Positions 48,235 through 58,392 of a stretch of DNA of 64,000 nt are shown here, one piece after another. Numbering within the stretch: the stretch's first letter is position 1; the number at the start of each line of letters is the position of its first letter. The translations under genes were made by a program, and so were the position numbers. Under the pieces are notes generated by a model. It saw only the letters and a program-made list of their open reading frames with translations, had not been told where the DNA came from and did no database searches. The DNA is from Thermoplasmatota archaeon (GTDB lineage: Archaea; Thermoplasmatota; E2; DHVEG-1), in assembly GCA_025457885.1 (NCBI GenBank), contig JALOTN010000006.1, positions 5,635 to 69,634 of the forward strand. Direction: 5' to 3'.

Positions 48235-48529
48235 AGATACTCAGCAGATGATATGACCCAGGTCTTTATAAAACTAAACCATTCTTCTTGAGATGTGATC
48301 CTGTCCTGGAATTATGTCAAAATGATATTCTACCAGCATACGCTTTTATAGATGAAGCACCCTCGTAGGTCTTGGAACACCGATATGGTCAGGCCGAACA
48401 CCATCTTTTTTTCCCAAGGCCTGCCCATCCCATCCCATATCTTTCTTCTCCGAGAACAACAGAGAGTGTTAAAATATATAAAGATTGCACGATATAGCCC
48501 TTGTCAAATCCCATAGAAGGTTGACCGTT

Positions 48530-50053
48530 ATGAAGGAATTAGAGAAAACATCCTCTGTGTGCCCTGCGTGTTTCCAAGAAGGGAAAATCCATAAGATTGA
48601 TGCAAAGATCATTGAAGATGACGGGAAAGTCTGGATTGCCAAAACATGTGATGAACATGGAGAGTTTAAGGATATTTACTTTGGTGATGTCGGGTTGTAT
48701 CAGAAATGGATGAAATTCGGGAAAAGTGGTGACGTTAACCCTGATGTGAAGACCTCATTATTTGACGATCCTTCTTTGTATCCGGAGCATCGGTCGCAAA
48801 GTGTGCTGACGAATCTGTTGGTGACGAACCGATGTAACCTGCGTTGCGGGTATTGTTTCATGAATGCAGGTGCCTCAGGGTACGTCTATGAACCTTCCCT
48901 TGATGAGATTAAAAAAATGCTGGAGCAGGCGCGCAAGGAACGACCGATGGGATCTAAAGCGATCCAGATCACAGGCGGGGAGCCTACGATTCGGGAGGAT
49001 CTCTTTGACATCGTCCGGCTTGCTCGAGAAGCGGGTTTCTCTCATATCCAGCTGAACTCCAATGGGATTAAACTTGCAGAGAGTGTAGAGTATTGTAAGA
49101 AACTGAAAGAAGCAAAGGTCAACACAGTGTACATGAGTTTTGATGGAGTCAGTAAGGAGACGAATCCCTGGATTGACCAGCTTATTCAGACAATTGAGAA
49201 CTTCCGTGAGGCGAATCTCCGTGCAGTGCTTGTCCCAGTGATCATCGGTGAGAAGAATCTTCATGAGACCGGGAAGATTATTCAGTTTGCATTAGATCAT
49301 ATCGACATTATCCGTGGCGTGAACTTCCAGCCGGTCTCGTTCTGCGGGCGGATTACGAAAATTAAGGATGAGAAACGGGAGAAACAACGGGTGGATTACG
49401 TCCGCATGATGGAGGTGATCGAAAAGGAGTTCCATGGTCTGATCAGCCGGGATGATTTCTATCCGGTTCCCTTCGTGTATCCTGTCTCTGAGCTCATCGA
49501 GTCATTGAAGGGAGAAAAACAAGTCGAGTTCACCGCCCATCCAGGGTGCGGTGGTGCGACATACATCTTCCTTGAGGATGGTAAACCGTTGCCGATCACC
49601 CGGTTCATCGATGTGGAAGGATTCATGAAATTCATCAATAAACAAGCTGAGGTGAAAGGACCATTGAAAAAAGTACGGGTCGCGACATCCTTCCTTCGGA
49701 ACGTGGATAAATTCGTTGATAAGGAGAAAGCGCCAAAGGATTTCGATCTGAAAAAGATCCTGATTGATGCCGCGGTCGGTGGAAGCTATGATTCCTTACG
49801 TGGTTTCCATTATAAGAGTCTGTTTGTTGGTTCAATGTGGTTCATGGATACCTTTAATTTGAATCTCCATCGGCTGGAACGATGCTGCATCCATTACACG
49901 ACCGAGGAGGGCATCATTCCCTTCTGTTCCTACAATGGTCTTGGATATGGGGATAAAATCCGTGAGAAGCATTCTCTACCTATCAAGGAATGGGAGGAGA
50001 AAACAGGTCGGCCGATGCGGGATGACCTTTGGAAACATGGCCCGTTAACCTAA
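48530..50053 (+). CDS. radical SAM enzyme with N-terminal rubredoxin-like zinc ribbon and C-terminal Cys cluster; candidate tetraether lipid synthase (Tes/GDGT-MAS-like)
   Basis: CPACF...29 aa...CDEHG ribbon. CxxxCxxC at TNRCNLRCGYCFMN. C-terminal Cys at HPGCGG, RCCIHY and PFCSYNG suggest an auxiliary cluster. About 507 aa from ATG 48530 (ribosome-binding site GAAGG). The tool ORF starts at 48485, a TTG. Confidence 0.45.
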   Translation: MKELEKTSSVCPACFQEGKIHKIDAKIIEDDGKVWIAKTCDEHGEFKDIYFGDVGLYQKWMKFGKSGDVNPDVKTSLFDDPSLYPEHRSQSVLTNLLVTNRCNLRCGYCFMNAGASGYVYEPSLDEIKKMLEQARKERPMGSKAIQITGGEPTIREDLFDIVRLAREAGFSHIQLNSNGIKLAESVEYCKKLKEAKVNTVYMSFDGVSKETNPWIDQLIQTIENFREANLRAVLVPVIIGEKNLHETGKIIQFALDHIDIIRGVNFQPVSFCGRITKIKDEKREKQRVDYVRMMEVIEKEFHGLISRDDFYPVPFVYPVSELIESLKGEKQVEFTAHPGCGGATYIFLEDGKPLPITRFIDVEGFMKFINKQAEVKGPLKKVRVATSFLRNVDKFVDKEKAPKDFDLKKILIDAAVGGSYDSLRGFHYKSLFVGSMWFMDTFNLNLHRLERCCIHYTTEEGIIPFCSYNGLGYGDKIREKHSLPIKEWEEKTGRPMRDDLWKHGPLT

Positions 50054-50183
50054 AATCATTATTCTTTTTTTTTCTCTTTATTCTCTTGGTTTTCTCCTTA
50101 TTCTATGATAGTACAAAAATATATAAATAACGTAATCAAATATAGAGGTATAGAAAACCTTTAAGGTCTAAGGGGATTATTGT

Positions 50184-51539
50184 ATGAAACATAGAGGAAA
50201 TAAAACGTATAGGTTCTACAAGGCTTTAGTTATCGTTGTCACATTTGGTCTCTTACTCATTCCAGGTTATGCTCTGGCACATATCTCTGATATAATGAGC
50301 GATCCTACACCACATCACCCTGCATACATACAAAGTAGAGACGACCTAAAAACCGTCGTGATACCTCCCCGTAGTTCTCCATATCATCTGAATCCTCTTT
50401 CCACAATGAATCTTGATATTGCTGAATTGATTCAGCAGGTGGATGAATCTCTTATCCTTGGATATTTGGAGAATCTAACAAGTTTTGGGCCACGGCTCTC
50501 CGGGACAATTGCGTGTAATTTGTCTGCCCAATATCTTTATGAGACATTCCAGGGGATGGGTTTAGAGGTCCGCTATCATAATTACACTGATTATACGGTC
50601 TCTGGAAGGAATGTTGAAGCGACATTACCCGGGACCGGATCTGATAATATCTTTATCATCTGTGGGCATTATGATTCAGTTGCCTCTAGTCCTGGTGCGG
50701 ATGATGACGGCTCTGGTGTCGCAGCAGTCCTTGCTGCAGCAGAAGTGATGAGGAACTATGAGTTTTTCCACACCATACGATTTGTCGCATTTTCCGGGGA
50801 GGAACAAGGATTGGTTGGAAGCTCTCATTACGCGGAGGATGCTTATGCAGCGAATGAAACCATAATCGCAGTCCTCAATGCAGATATGATTGGGTTTGCT
50901 CCTTTACCATCTGATGGCACCAAAGGGAAAATATTTGAGAATGAGGCTTCCGAGTGGATCGTGCAGTACAGCCAAGCGGTAAGCCAAAACTACTGGGATT
51001 ACATTGGTATTGAACTGACGCCTCAGGGTGAGACCTGGGGGAGTGACCATTATTCGTTCTGGCAGTATGGGTATGATGCAGTGTTTTATCATGAACATAA
51101 TTTCAATGATTATTATCACTCTGCAAATGACACAATAAATCATATGAATCTTTCCTACTCTTCTCGATTCACCAGGCTTATTTTAGCAACCCTCGCAGAG
51201 ATGGCGTTGCAACCACGCCCGGTGCTTGAAATCTCCAGCATCAGTGGAGGTCTTGGGATCACCACACAAGTTCGCAACGTCGGTGAGCTCAACGCTAGTG
51301 ATGTGAATATTTCCATTTCTTTGACTGGGGGATTGCTGGGATTGTACGATATGTCTTCTATCACGGGAGTTGATTTGCTCGCACCATTAGAATCAACACA
51401 GCATAAAGCGATTCCATTCCGGATAGGTACTATCGAAATTGAGGTAGCCGCATGGGCATCCAACGCAGATCAAGTGACAAAACATGCGACAGGGTTCCTG
51501 CTAGGTCCTCTTGTGCTGAGGCTTGTTGTCACCCCATAA
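50184..51539 (+). CDS. secreted M28-family zinc aminopeptidase
   Basis: Signal peptide. M28 metal ligands FIICGHYDSV and PGADDDGSGVAAVLAAAE, SGEEQGLVGS, and a distal His region. Confidence 0.7.
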   Translation: MKHRGNKTYRFYKALVIVVTFGLLLIPGYALAHISDIMSDPTPHHPAYIQSRDDLKTVVIPPRSSPYHLNPLSTMNLDIAELIQQVDESLILGYLENLTSFGPRLSGTIACNLSAQYLYETFQGMGLEVRYHNYTDYTVSGRNVEATLPGTGSDNIFIICGHYDSVASSPGADDDGSGVAAVLAAAEVMRNYEFFHTIRFVAFSGEEQGLVGSSHYAEDAYAANETIIAVLNADMIGFAPLPSDGTKGKIFENEASEWIVQYSQAVSQNYWDYIGIELTPQGETWGSDHYSFWQYGYDAVFYHEHNFNDYYHSANDTINHMNLSYSSRFTRLILATLAEMALQPRPVLEISSISGGLGITTQVRNVGELNASDVNISISLTGGLLGLYDMSSITGVDLLAPLESTQHKAIPFRIGTIEIEVAAWASNADQVTKHATGFLLGPLVLRLVVTP

Positions 51540-51655
51540 TTTTCTTTTTTTTCTATTTCATCAGTTCCTTTTGCTCCTGATTATGAAGCGAGAACCTTAA
51601 TATCTACTTATTTTATACCTGTCTGAACCCTTTCAGAGAAAAGGGAGGCGCTTCC

Positions 51656-53179
51656 ATGGCAATTATCATTACTGGATCTGGTTTTACTATCGAAAAACTC
51701 ATTGAGGTCGCACGACATCATGAGGAGATACAACTCCATCCGGATGCTCTTGCCCGTATCAAGGCATGTCGGTTGATGCTTGAGAATAAAATCAAAGCCC
51801 ATGAGATTATGTACGGAGTCAACACGGGGATTGGGGAGTTCTCTGAAGTCGTACTGAATGATTCCCAGATGAAGGAGTTCCAGAAATATCTTATTTACAA
51901 CCATGCAGCAGGCATTGGAGATCCCGCCCCGCTGGAGTATGTCCGTGGCGCGATGGTCGCCCGGGTAAATGTCCATGCGCATGGGAACTCAGGGTGTCGC
52001 CCGGAGATCACTCAGACGTTGATTGAGATGTTAAATAAAGGTGTCACCCCGTTTGTCTGTCAGAAAGGCAGTGTTGGTGCTTGTGGAGATTTGGCTCCGA
52101 TGGCACAGATCGCATTACTTATGATGGGGGAGGGAAAAGCATACTATAAAGGAGAATTGCTGCAGGGTCGGGATGCGATGAAGAAAGCAGGGATACCCAT
52201 CCCTGGGTTGCAGGCACGGGATGGTCTGGCGATCATCAACGGATCAAATCTGTTGACTGCGATGAGTGGTTTATTTTTATATGATGCGAATAATTGGTTG
52301 AAGCAAGCAGAAATAGCAGCGGCTATGTCCCTTGAAGCCTTAAAGGCGAACATGAAACCGTACAACGTGAAGATCCATCAGGTGCGCGGGTTCCCTGGGG
52401 CGGTTCGAAGTGCTCTAGCGATTCAGAAATGCATCAAAGGCGGAGACCTAATTGAGGGTAAAATGAAATGTAAAGTCCAGGATGCCTATTCGATGCGGTC
52501 GACTCCCCAGGTGATTGGAGCGGCTCATGATGCTCTTGCGTATGCGCGGTCTCAGGTGGAAATCGAGCTGAATGGTGTGGGGGATAACCCGATTTTCTTC
52601 CCTGATGAGAACCTTCAGTTATCCGGGGCGAACTTCCAGGGATCACCCGTATCACTTCCAATGGATATGGCGGGTACGGCTATTACCATGGTATCTGTGT
52701 TATCAGAGCGTCGGATGAATCGTCTGAACAACCCTGCGTTGAATGTCGGGTTACCCGCGTTTCTAACTAAAGGAGCGGGGATGTTCTCTGGTTTGATGTT
52801 GAGTCAGTACACCGCGGATGCGTTGATTGTCGAACAGCGAATCTTATCAGCTCCTGCGTCGATCCAGTCGATTCCTGCTGCCGCGGACCAGGAGGATTTT
52901 GTCTCAATGGGGATGACAACAGCGATTAAGAATTTCCAGATTCTTGATAATGCCTATGGGATTCTTGGGATCGAGTTTATGGCTGCCGCGCAAGCCCTGG
53001 ATTTCCGTGATTATCAATGCGGGAAAGGGGTGACAAAGGCAAAAGAAATCATCCGAAAACATGTTAAGTTCCTCGATGAGGATCGACCGTTATACCCGGA
53101 TCATACTACAATGAAGGAGCTGGTGAAATCCGGTGAGATTCTCCATGAAGTCGAGACCGCTGTAGGAAGTCTGGAGTAG
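51656..53179 (+). CDS. hutH: histidine ammonia-lyase with an unusual Ala-Cys-Gly MIO-precursor triad
   Basis: 507 aa. HAL family blocks GVNTGIGEF and GSVGACGDLAPMA (canonical is GSVGASGDLAPLA). Confidence 0.8.
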   Translation: MAIIITGSGFTIEKLIEVARHHEEIQLHPDALARIKACRLMLENKIKAHEIMYGVNTGIGEFSEVVLNDSQMKEFQKYLIYNHAAGIGDPAPLEYVRGAMVARVNVHAHGNSGCRPEITQTLIEMLNKGVTPFVCQKGSVGACGDLAPMAQIALLMMGEGKAYYKGELLQGRDAMKKAGIPIPGLQARDGLAIINGSNLLTAMSGLFLYDANNWLKQAEIAAAMSLEALKANMKPYNVKIHQVRGFPGAVRSALAIQKCIKGGDLIEGKMKCKVQDAYSMRSTPQVIGAAHDALAYARSQVEIELNGVGDNPIFFPDENLQLSGANFQGSPVSLPMDMAGTAITMVSVLSERRMNRLNNPALNVGLPAFLTKGAGMFSGLMLSQYTADALIVEQRILSAPASIQSIPAAADQEDFVSMGMTTAIKNFQILDNAYGILGIEFMAAAQALDFRDYQCGKGVTKAKEIIRKHVKFLDEDRPLYPDHTTMKELVKSGEILHEVETAVGSLE

Positions 53180-53182
53180 AGT

Positions 53183-53216
53183 CACAGGTTTCTTTTTCAA
53201 TTTTTTTTATTTTTTG
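53183..53216. terminator. T-rich bidirectional terminator region between convergent hutH and hutU
   Basis: tttctttttcaattttttttatttttt between the two stop codons. Confidence 0.3.
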
Positions 53217-54859
53217 ATCATCGGGATTTGAATATGTGATTGTTTCACTTGTTGAATCGCTTCTTTGTATCCAGCGTCTGCATGTCGAGCGACCCCCATA
53301 CCTGGGTCGGTGGTGAAGACCCGTCTGATGCGTTCATCGGTTTCTGTGGTGCCGTCACAAACAACAACCATCCCTGCATGTGTGGATAATCCAATGCCGA
53401 CACCCCCGCCATTGTGGATTTGTACGCTATCTGCTCCTGCGGCGCAGTTGAGAAGTGCGTTGAGTAACGGCCAGTCTGCGATTGCGTCACTGCCGTCTCT
53501 CATTGATTCGGTTTCCCGGTATGGTGAGGCAACACTGCCGCTATCGAGATGATCCCTGGTGATGGCGATGGGGCCGATTTTTTTCTCCCGGACCATTTTA
53601 TTGATGACCAGGGCGAACTCTGCTCGCTCCCCGTATCCAAGCCAGCAGACACGCGCGGGAAGTCCTTCCCAGGGGAGGTGCTTCTCGGCAAGGGTGATCC
53701 AGTTTGTTAACACCATGTCTTTTGGAAAGAGTCTTCTGGCTGCTTCATCGGTTTTGAGAATATCCTTTGGGTCACCGGTGAGTGCGAGCCAGCGGAAGGG
53801 TCCTCGGCCGACACAGAACATCGGTCTGATGTATGCGGGGACAAACCCGGGGTAGTCAAACGCGTTTTTCAAGCCTGCTTTCATGGCTTGGCCTCGGAGG
53901 TTGTTCCCGTAATCGAACACTATTGAACCTTTCTTTTGAAAATCAAGGAGTGCAGTACAATGTTGTTTGATGCTTTGCATGGACTGTTTGATGTATAAGG
54001 TGGGGTTCTTTTTTCGTAGTTCATCTGCTTGTCGGAGTGATTCACCGTAGAATTTTGCAGGGACATATCCGTTGAGCTCATCATGTGCTGAGGTCTGATC
54101 GGTGACGATATCCGGGTTGAATCCTTCTTTCACTAACCAGGGCATGATGGTTGCGCAATTTCCCAATAAGCCAATAGAGAGTGGTTTTTTTTCTTTTTTC
54201 GCTTGAGCTGCGAGTGTTACTGCTTCATTGATATCTTTTATTTTTTTGTCACAGAATCCTGCGTTGATTCGTCGGTCGATACGTTTTTCATCACATTCAA
54301 CCGCGAGGCACACGCCTTGGTTCATGGTGACGGCGAGCGGTTGCGCACCACCCATACCACCAAGTCCACCGGTGAGGACGATCTTTCCTTTCAGGGTGCT
54401 TTTGAAATGTTTTTTTGCACAAGCAGCAAACGTCTCATAAGTCCCTTGGATGATTCCTTGGGTGCCGATGTAACACCAGGACCCTGCAGTCATCTGCCCA
54501 TACATGGTTAAGCCTTGGTGTTCGAGGTTTCGAAAGTTCTCCCAGGTGCTCCAGTGTGGGACGAGGTTTGAGTTCGCCATGAGGACCCGTGGTGCGGTCG
54601 TCCAGGTTTTGAAGACCGCGACTGGTTTTCCTGATTGAATGATGAGTGTTTCATCATCGTTGAGTTTTTTTAGAGTGGTGACGATTGCGTCGTAGCATTT
54701 CCAGTTGCGTGCTGCTTTACCGGTGCCACCGTAGATGATGAGGTCCTCTGGTTTTTCTGCGTTCTCCAGATTGTTCTCCAGCATCCGGAGGATTGCTTCT
54801 TGTTTCCAGTTTTTACAGCGCAGCTTGTTTCCCTTTTGAACCTTCACGTGTCGTGTCAT
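53207..54859 (-). CDS. hutU: urocanate hydratase
   Basis: NAD-binding [16 protein letters not shown] and urocanase-wide conservation. Start taken at [10 protein letters not shown]. Confidence 0.85.
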   Translation of the reverse strand: MTRHVKVQKGNKLRCKNWKQEAILRMLENNLENAEKPEDLIIYGGTGKAARNWKCYDAIVTTLKKLNDDETLIIQSGKPVAVFKTWTTAPRVLMANSNLVPHWSTWENFRNLEHQGLTMYGQMTAGSWCYIGTQGIIQGTYETFAACAKKHFKSTLKGKIVLTGGLGGMGGAQPLAVTMNQGVCLAVECDEKRIDRRINAGFCDKKIKDINEAVTLAAQAKKEKKPLSIGLLGNCATIMPWLVKEGFNPDIVTDQTSAHDELNGYVPAKFYGESLRQADELRKKNPTLYIKQSMQSIKQHCTALLDFQKKGSIVFDYGNNLRGQAMKAGLKNAFDYPGFVPAYIRPMFCVGRGPFRWLALTGDPKDILKTDEAARRLFPKDMVLTNWITLAEKHLPWEGLPARVCWLGYGERAEFALVINKMVREKKIGPIAITRDHLDSGSVASPYRETESMRDGSDAIADWPLLNALLNCAAGADSVQIHNGGGVGIGLSTHAGMVVVCDGTTETDERIRRVFTTDPGMGVARHADAGYKEAIQQVKQSHIQIPMIKK

Positions 54860-55033
54860 GGTTTCGAATTTGCACAAGGAAAACGATATACAAAAACTTT
54901 GTTACATGTAGAATAAAAGGGAAGGACGGCTGGCCTCACTAGGAGGGGATGGGATGCACTCTAACAAAATAACAACTACCAGCCCAATTCCTTCCATGTT
55001 ATAATAAGAATAACCCCTATATATGCTTTTCGA

Positions 55034-55249
55034 TTAAATGAAGGAAATACTGACGACGTTGCTGCCCCGAAGGATAATTCTCCCCAGTCGGCGTTTGGTT
55101 TCATCCTTGGATTCTTCGACTTCATCCAGCACGAGGTTCATGTATTCATCGTATCCTAACAGCTTGCCTTCAATATGTCTGCCATCTTTTAAGAGAAGGA
55201 GTAATTTCTGGTTCACTGCTTTTTCCAGGACATCTAATGGTAAGGACAT
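55034..55249 (-). CDS. Sm-like archaeal protein (LSm/SmAP)
   Basis: MSLPLDVLEKAVNQKLLLLLKDGRHIEGKLLGYDEYMNLVLDEVEE...RLGRIILRGSNVVSI spans the Sm1 and Sm2 motifs. Confidence 0.75.
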   Translation of the reverse strand: MSLPLDVLEKAVNQKLLLLLKDGRHIEGKLLGYDEYMNLVLDEVEESKDETKRRLGRIILRGSNVVSISFI

Positions 55250-55319
55250 GGCAGAAGGTAAGGAGAGCACCCTTTTTAAAACTATTCCTTAGCCCCTCGA
55301 AGAACGTGGTTTCATCATC

Positions 55320-56744
55320 CTAGGGGTACCCACCAATACGTAAACTAGGGTCTCCAAACAGTGCCCATGATTCCATGACTTTCGCATCAATCCATGAGTC
55401 ACCAAGCCCTGGGGAATCCCATTTCACGGGGTACGTCTGTGCGTACCAGCTGACTGCAGCAGACCAGGTGTCTCCTAAAATAGTGGCTTGGTTCTGTCCA
55501 TAGGAATGGAAAAACGCGCACTCCAGTTCATTGATGCCCCCTTTAAAGGAGGTCTTATCCTCTTTGGTGAACCCCAAGGCGGTGCACCCAATGCTGCAGA
55601 TCGAACCACCGGTTGGTTCCCGGAGGATACGTTCACTCCAACACTCCGGGACGTACTCCTGTTTCCATCGTGTGTCTTTGTTAAACAGTCGTCTCAGACA
55701 GACATCGAACTGACTATTGTGACAGCCGCTGACCACACAGACCGGAAGTCGGTCCTTATTGCGGAACTTCCACATATCATTACTGTTCGGACCCTGGACA
55801 AAGCCTGTCCCATTGGCTTTGTTGTTCCCCCACTGCTTAGGGCTTCCATGGCCGACAAAGTACACAAACCCGTACCCGTTATGAAACTCCCTGATGACGT
55901 CTTTCTTGTCAGTAAACGTCTCATCCGATGTGTACAGCCGAGTAGGGGTAAACCCCGTCATGTTCTCAATTGCACGATCCCCGTAATATTCTCCCTCATA
56001 CCCGGTCCAGTTCGGATTACCTGACACAGGGTACGTGTCTCCAGCGACTACCAAAATCCGTGAAAACCAGGATTGGCCAAACGCGGTTGTCTCATAATTA
56101 ATGATCTTCTGAACGATGATTCTGACCTCCCGGGGATTGCGACATGGCAGACGACCCACGGCGACATCCGGGGCTAGGTCAATATCGACATCCTGCGCAT
56201 TCTCCCCCATATACCATTCCCCATACACCCCGTCACCATCACTGTCCCAGCTGGAAAACCCCCCGTTCCGATCATAGATATCCGCGAAATACAGGTCACT
56301 GAGATACCCAACATCCCAATCATCCACCATGTTGACGTACCGCACTGGGCAATACCAGGATGGAAGGAACTGGCTGCTTCTCCCCCCCACCAAGAGAACA
56401 TATTCAACGCCCCAGATCTCAACAGCCGCCTTGATGAAATATTTCAGCTTCTCCGCCTCATCACGACCCTCCCAGTACATCTGATGATACACCTCGGAGA
56501 GCGTGACCAGTTTTGTGCTCATACCATGGGCGTTCTTATGCGCAACCAGTGGTTGTAGCTCGTTTTTAAAAACCGTCGGCGTCAGAATCAACAGCGAGTA
56601 CACCACGTTTGACTCCTGCGAAGTCTCTGTAAGCTCAATTCCTCTTGGTTCCCCCTGTGCTTCAACAAAGGGACTCAGACCAGAACAGAGAAAAACCACG
56701 ATAATACCATAGACTTGTAATCGATGTCTTCCTTTCATTTTCAT
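55320..56744 (-). CDS. secreted gingipain-like (peptidase C25 / clan CD) cysteine-peptidase-like protein
   Basis: Signal peptide. His in YFVGHGSPKQWGNN and Cys in LPVCVVSGCHNSQFD, about 40 aa apart, the gingipain-like HGS...C arrangement on hydrophobic strands. Confidence 0.5.
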   Translation of the reverse strand: MKMKGRHRLQVYGIIVVFLCSGLSPFVEAQGEPRGIELTETSQESNVVYSLLILTPTVFKNELQPLVAHKNAHGMSTKLVTLSEVYHQMYWEGRDEAEKLKYFIKAAVEIWGVEYVLLVGGRSSQFLPSWYCPVRYVNMVDDWDVGYLSDLYFADIYDRNGGFSSWDSDGDGVYGEWYMGENAQDVDIDLAPDVAVGRLPCRNPREVRIIVQKIINYETTAFGQSWFSRILVVAGDTYPVSGNPNWTGYEGEYYGDRAIENMTGFTPTRLYTSDETFTDKKDVIREFHNGYGFVYFVGHGSPKQWGNNKANGTGFVQGPNSNDMWKFRNKDRLPVCVVSGCHNSQFDVCLRRLFNKDTRWKQEYVPECWSERILREPTGGSICSIGCTALGFTKEDKTSFKGGINELECAFFHSYGQNQATILGDTWSAAVSWYAQTYPVKWDSPGLGDSWIDAKVMESWALFGDPSLRIGGYP

Positions 56745-56790
56745 ACCAACCCCTTCATCAATATACTATTGACTCCATACATATGTATTC

Positions 56791-58302
56791 CTAAATGACG
56801 GATCCCCCTGCTTGCGGATACCCACCAATCTTTAAACTAGGGTCCCCAAACAACGCCCATTGCTGCACGGTTTTTGCATCAATCGCACTATCCCAAGCAG
56901 CAGGTGTGTCCCAATCAATCGGATACCGATTCAGATAATTTGTAATCGCATTGCCCCAGGCGTTCCCAAGAATGGTTGTCCCATTCACCCCATACTCGTA
57001 AAAGAACGTTGGCTCAAGAAAATCACCAGCACCACTGAAGGACTGCTTATCCTCCTTTGACATCCCCAGTCCCGTACACCCAATCGTCGCAATCGACCCA
57101 CCATTGTTCATCCGCGTCAGCTTCCACCCCCAACACTCACGAATCCAGGTGTAATGCCAAAACAACCCTGAGGGTGACGTACGACTCGAGAAATACCGCA
57201 ACCCTTGTTCTTTGATTCCCCACAAGATATTCTTCGGTGTGACATCGAACTCGTTGTTATGACACCCTCCGACGATACACACCGGCAACATCCGTTTGTT
57301 CCGAAGAAGATCCATCGACACCGTGTTTAACCCATTAATCCAGGTCTGCGGTTTGTCCGTCGGATGAGTGCTCCAGGAAAACGCGTTCGCATGCCCCTCA
57401 AACATCAAAAAACCACACCCGCCATTGATCGCGCGAATCACATCCCGCGGCCCGGTAAAAGACTCATCAGACGTCCAGAGTTTCACTGGTTCAAACCCAG
57501 ACATATTATCAATAGCATCCTGCGTGTTTTCCTCCCCTTCATTCCCTGTCCAATTTGGGTTCAATGACTCAGGGTAGGTGTCACCAGCGACAACCACAAA
57601 CCGATGGAACCACTCCTGACCAAACGCAGTGGTCTCATAGGTAATGATCTTCCGTACCATCACCCGGACCTCAGCGTCATTCACACAAGCAAGACGCCCG
57701 ACATACACATCCGGGTACAAATCAATATCCCGGTCCCGCGCAGTCGCACCATACCATTCACCATACACCCCGTTGTTACCTGAATCCCAGCTAGAAAAAT
57801 TATGGTTCCTATCATAGAGATCCGCATAATACAACTCAGAAATAAAACACGGCTCATCCCAGCCGCTGTTATTATCCGCATTATACACATACCGAATGGG
57901 GATGGTTTCGAAATCCCCCACCAACAGGACATACGTGATCCCCCAGGTCTCCTTTGCCGTCTTAATGAAATACTTAATTTTCTCCTGCGGATCCCGCCCA
58001 TACCAGAACATCTGATGGTACACCTCGTTTAGAGTCACCAGGTTGGTCTTCACCCCCACCCGATTTTTATGGGTCACCAACGGCTGCAACTCATTGACAA
58101 ATTTTCTTGGAGCGATGATCAACAAATCATACACCACGGGAGTTGAAATTCCAGGGAAAGACCCCTTCACATACCCCCCAACATTCGTAAAGAGAGATGC
58201 ATTCTGTGCCATAAAAGCAGGACACCATAACAATCCAAAAAATACGACAGCGAGAACAAAAAGCTGTTTGATGAACACCGATTGAGATACCTTCATACGC
58301 AA
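56791..58302 (-). CDS. secreted gingipain-like (C25 / clan CD) cysteine-peptidase-like protein, tandem paralog
   Basis: Signal peptide. LMFEGHANAFSW and LPVCIVGGCHNNEFD. Collinear with the 55320 protein along its length (shared YETTAFGQ(S/E)WF, LLVG, ...GDPSL(R/K)IGGYP C-terminus). Confidence 0.5.
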   Translation of the reverse strand: MRMKVSQSVFIKQLFVLAVVFFGLLWCPAFMAQNASLFTNVGGYVKGSFPGISTPVVYDLLIIAPRKFVNELQPLVTHKNRVGVKTNLVTLNEVYHQMFWYGRDPQEKIKYFIKTAKETWGITYVLLVGDFETIPIRYVYNADNNSGWDEPCFISELYYADLYDRNHNFSSWDSGNNGVYGEWYGATARDRDIDLYPDVYVGRLACVNDAEVRVMVRKIITYETTAFGQEWFHRFVVVAGDTYPESLNPNWTGNEGEENTQDAIDNMSGFEPVKLWTSDESFTGPRDVIRAINGGCGFLMFEGHANAFSWSTHPTDKPQTWINGLNTVSMDLLRNKRMLPVCIVGGCHNNEFDVTPKNILWGIKEQGLRYFSSRTSPSGLFWHYTWIRECWGWKLTRMNNGGSIATIGCTGLGMSKEDKQSFSGAGDFLEPTFFYEYGVNGTTILGNAWGNAITNYLNRYPIDWDTPAAWDSAIDAKTVQQWALFGDPSLKIGGYPQAGGSVI

Positions 58303-58392
58303 ACCCCTATCAATAAATATACGCGAGGCTTAATAAATCTTTCATCCTTTGTATATCCCCGAAATACACCCAAATAAAGATATTAATACAGC

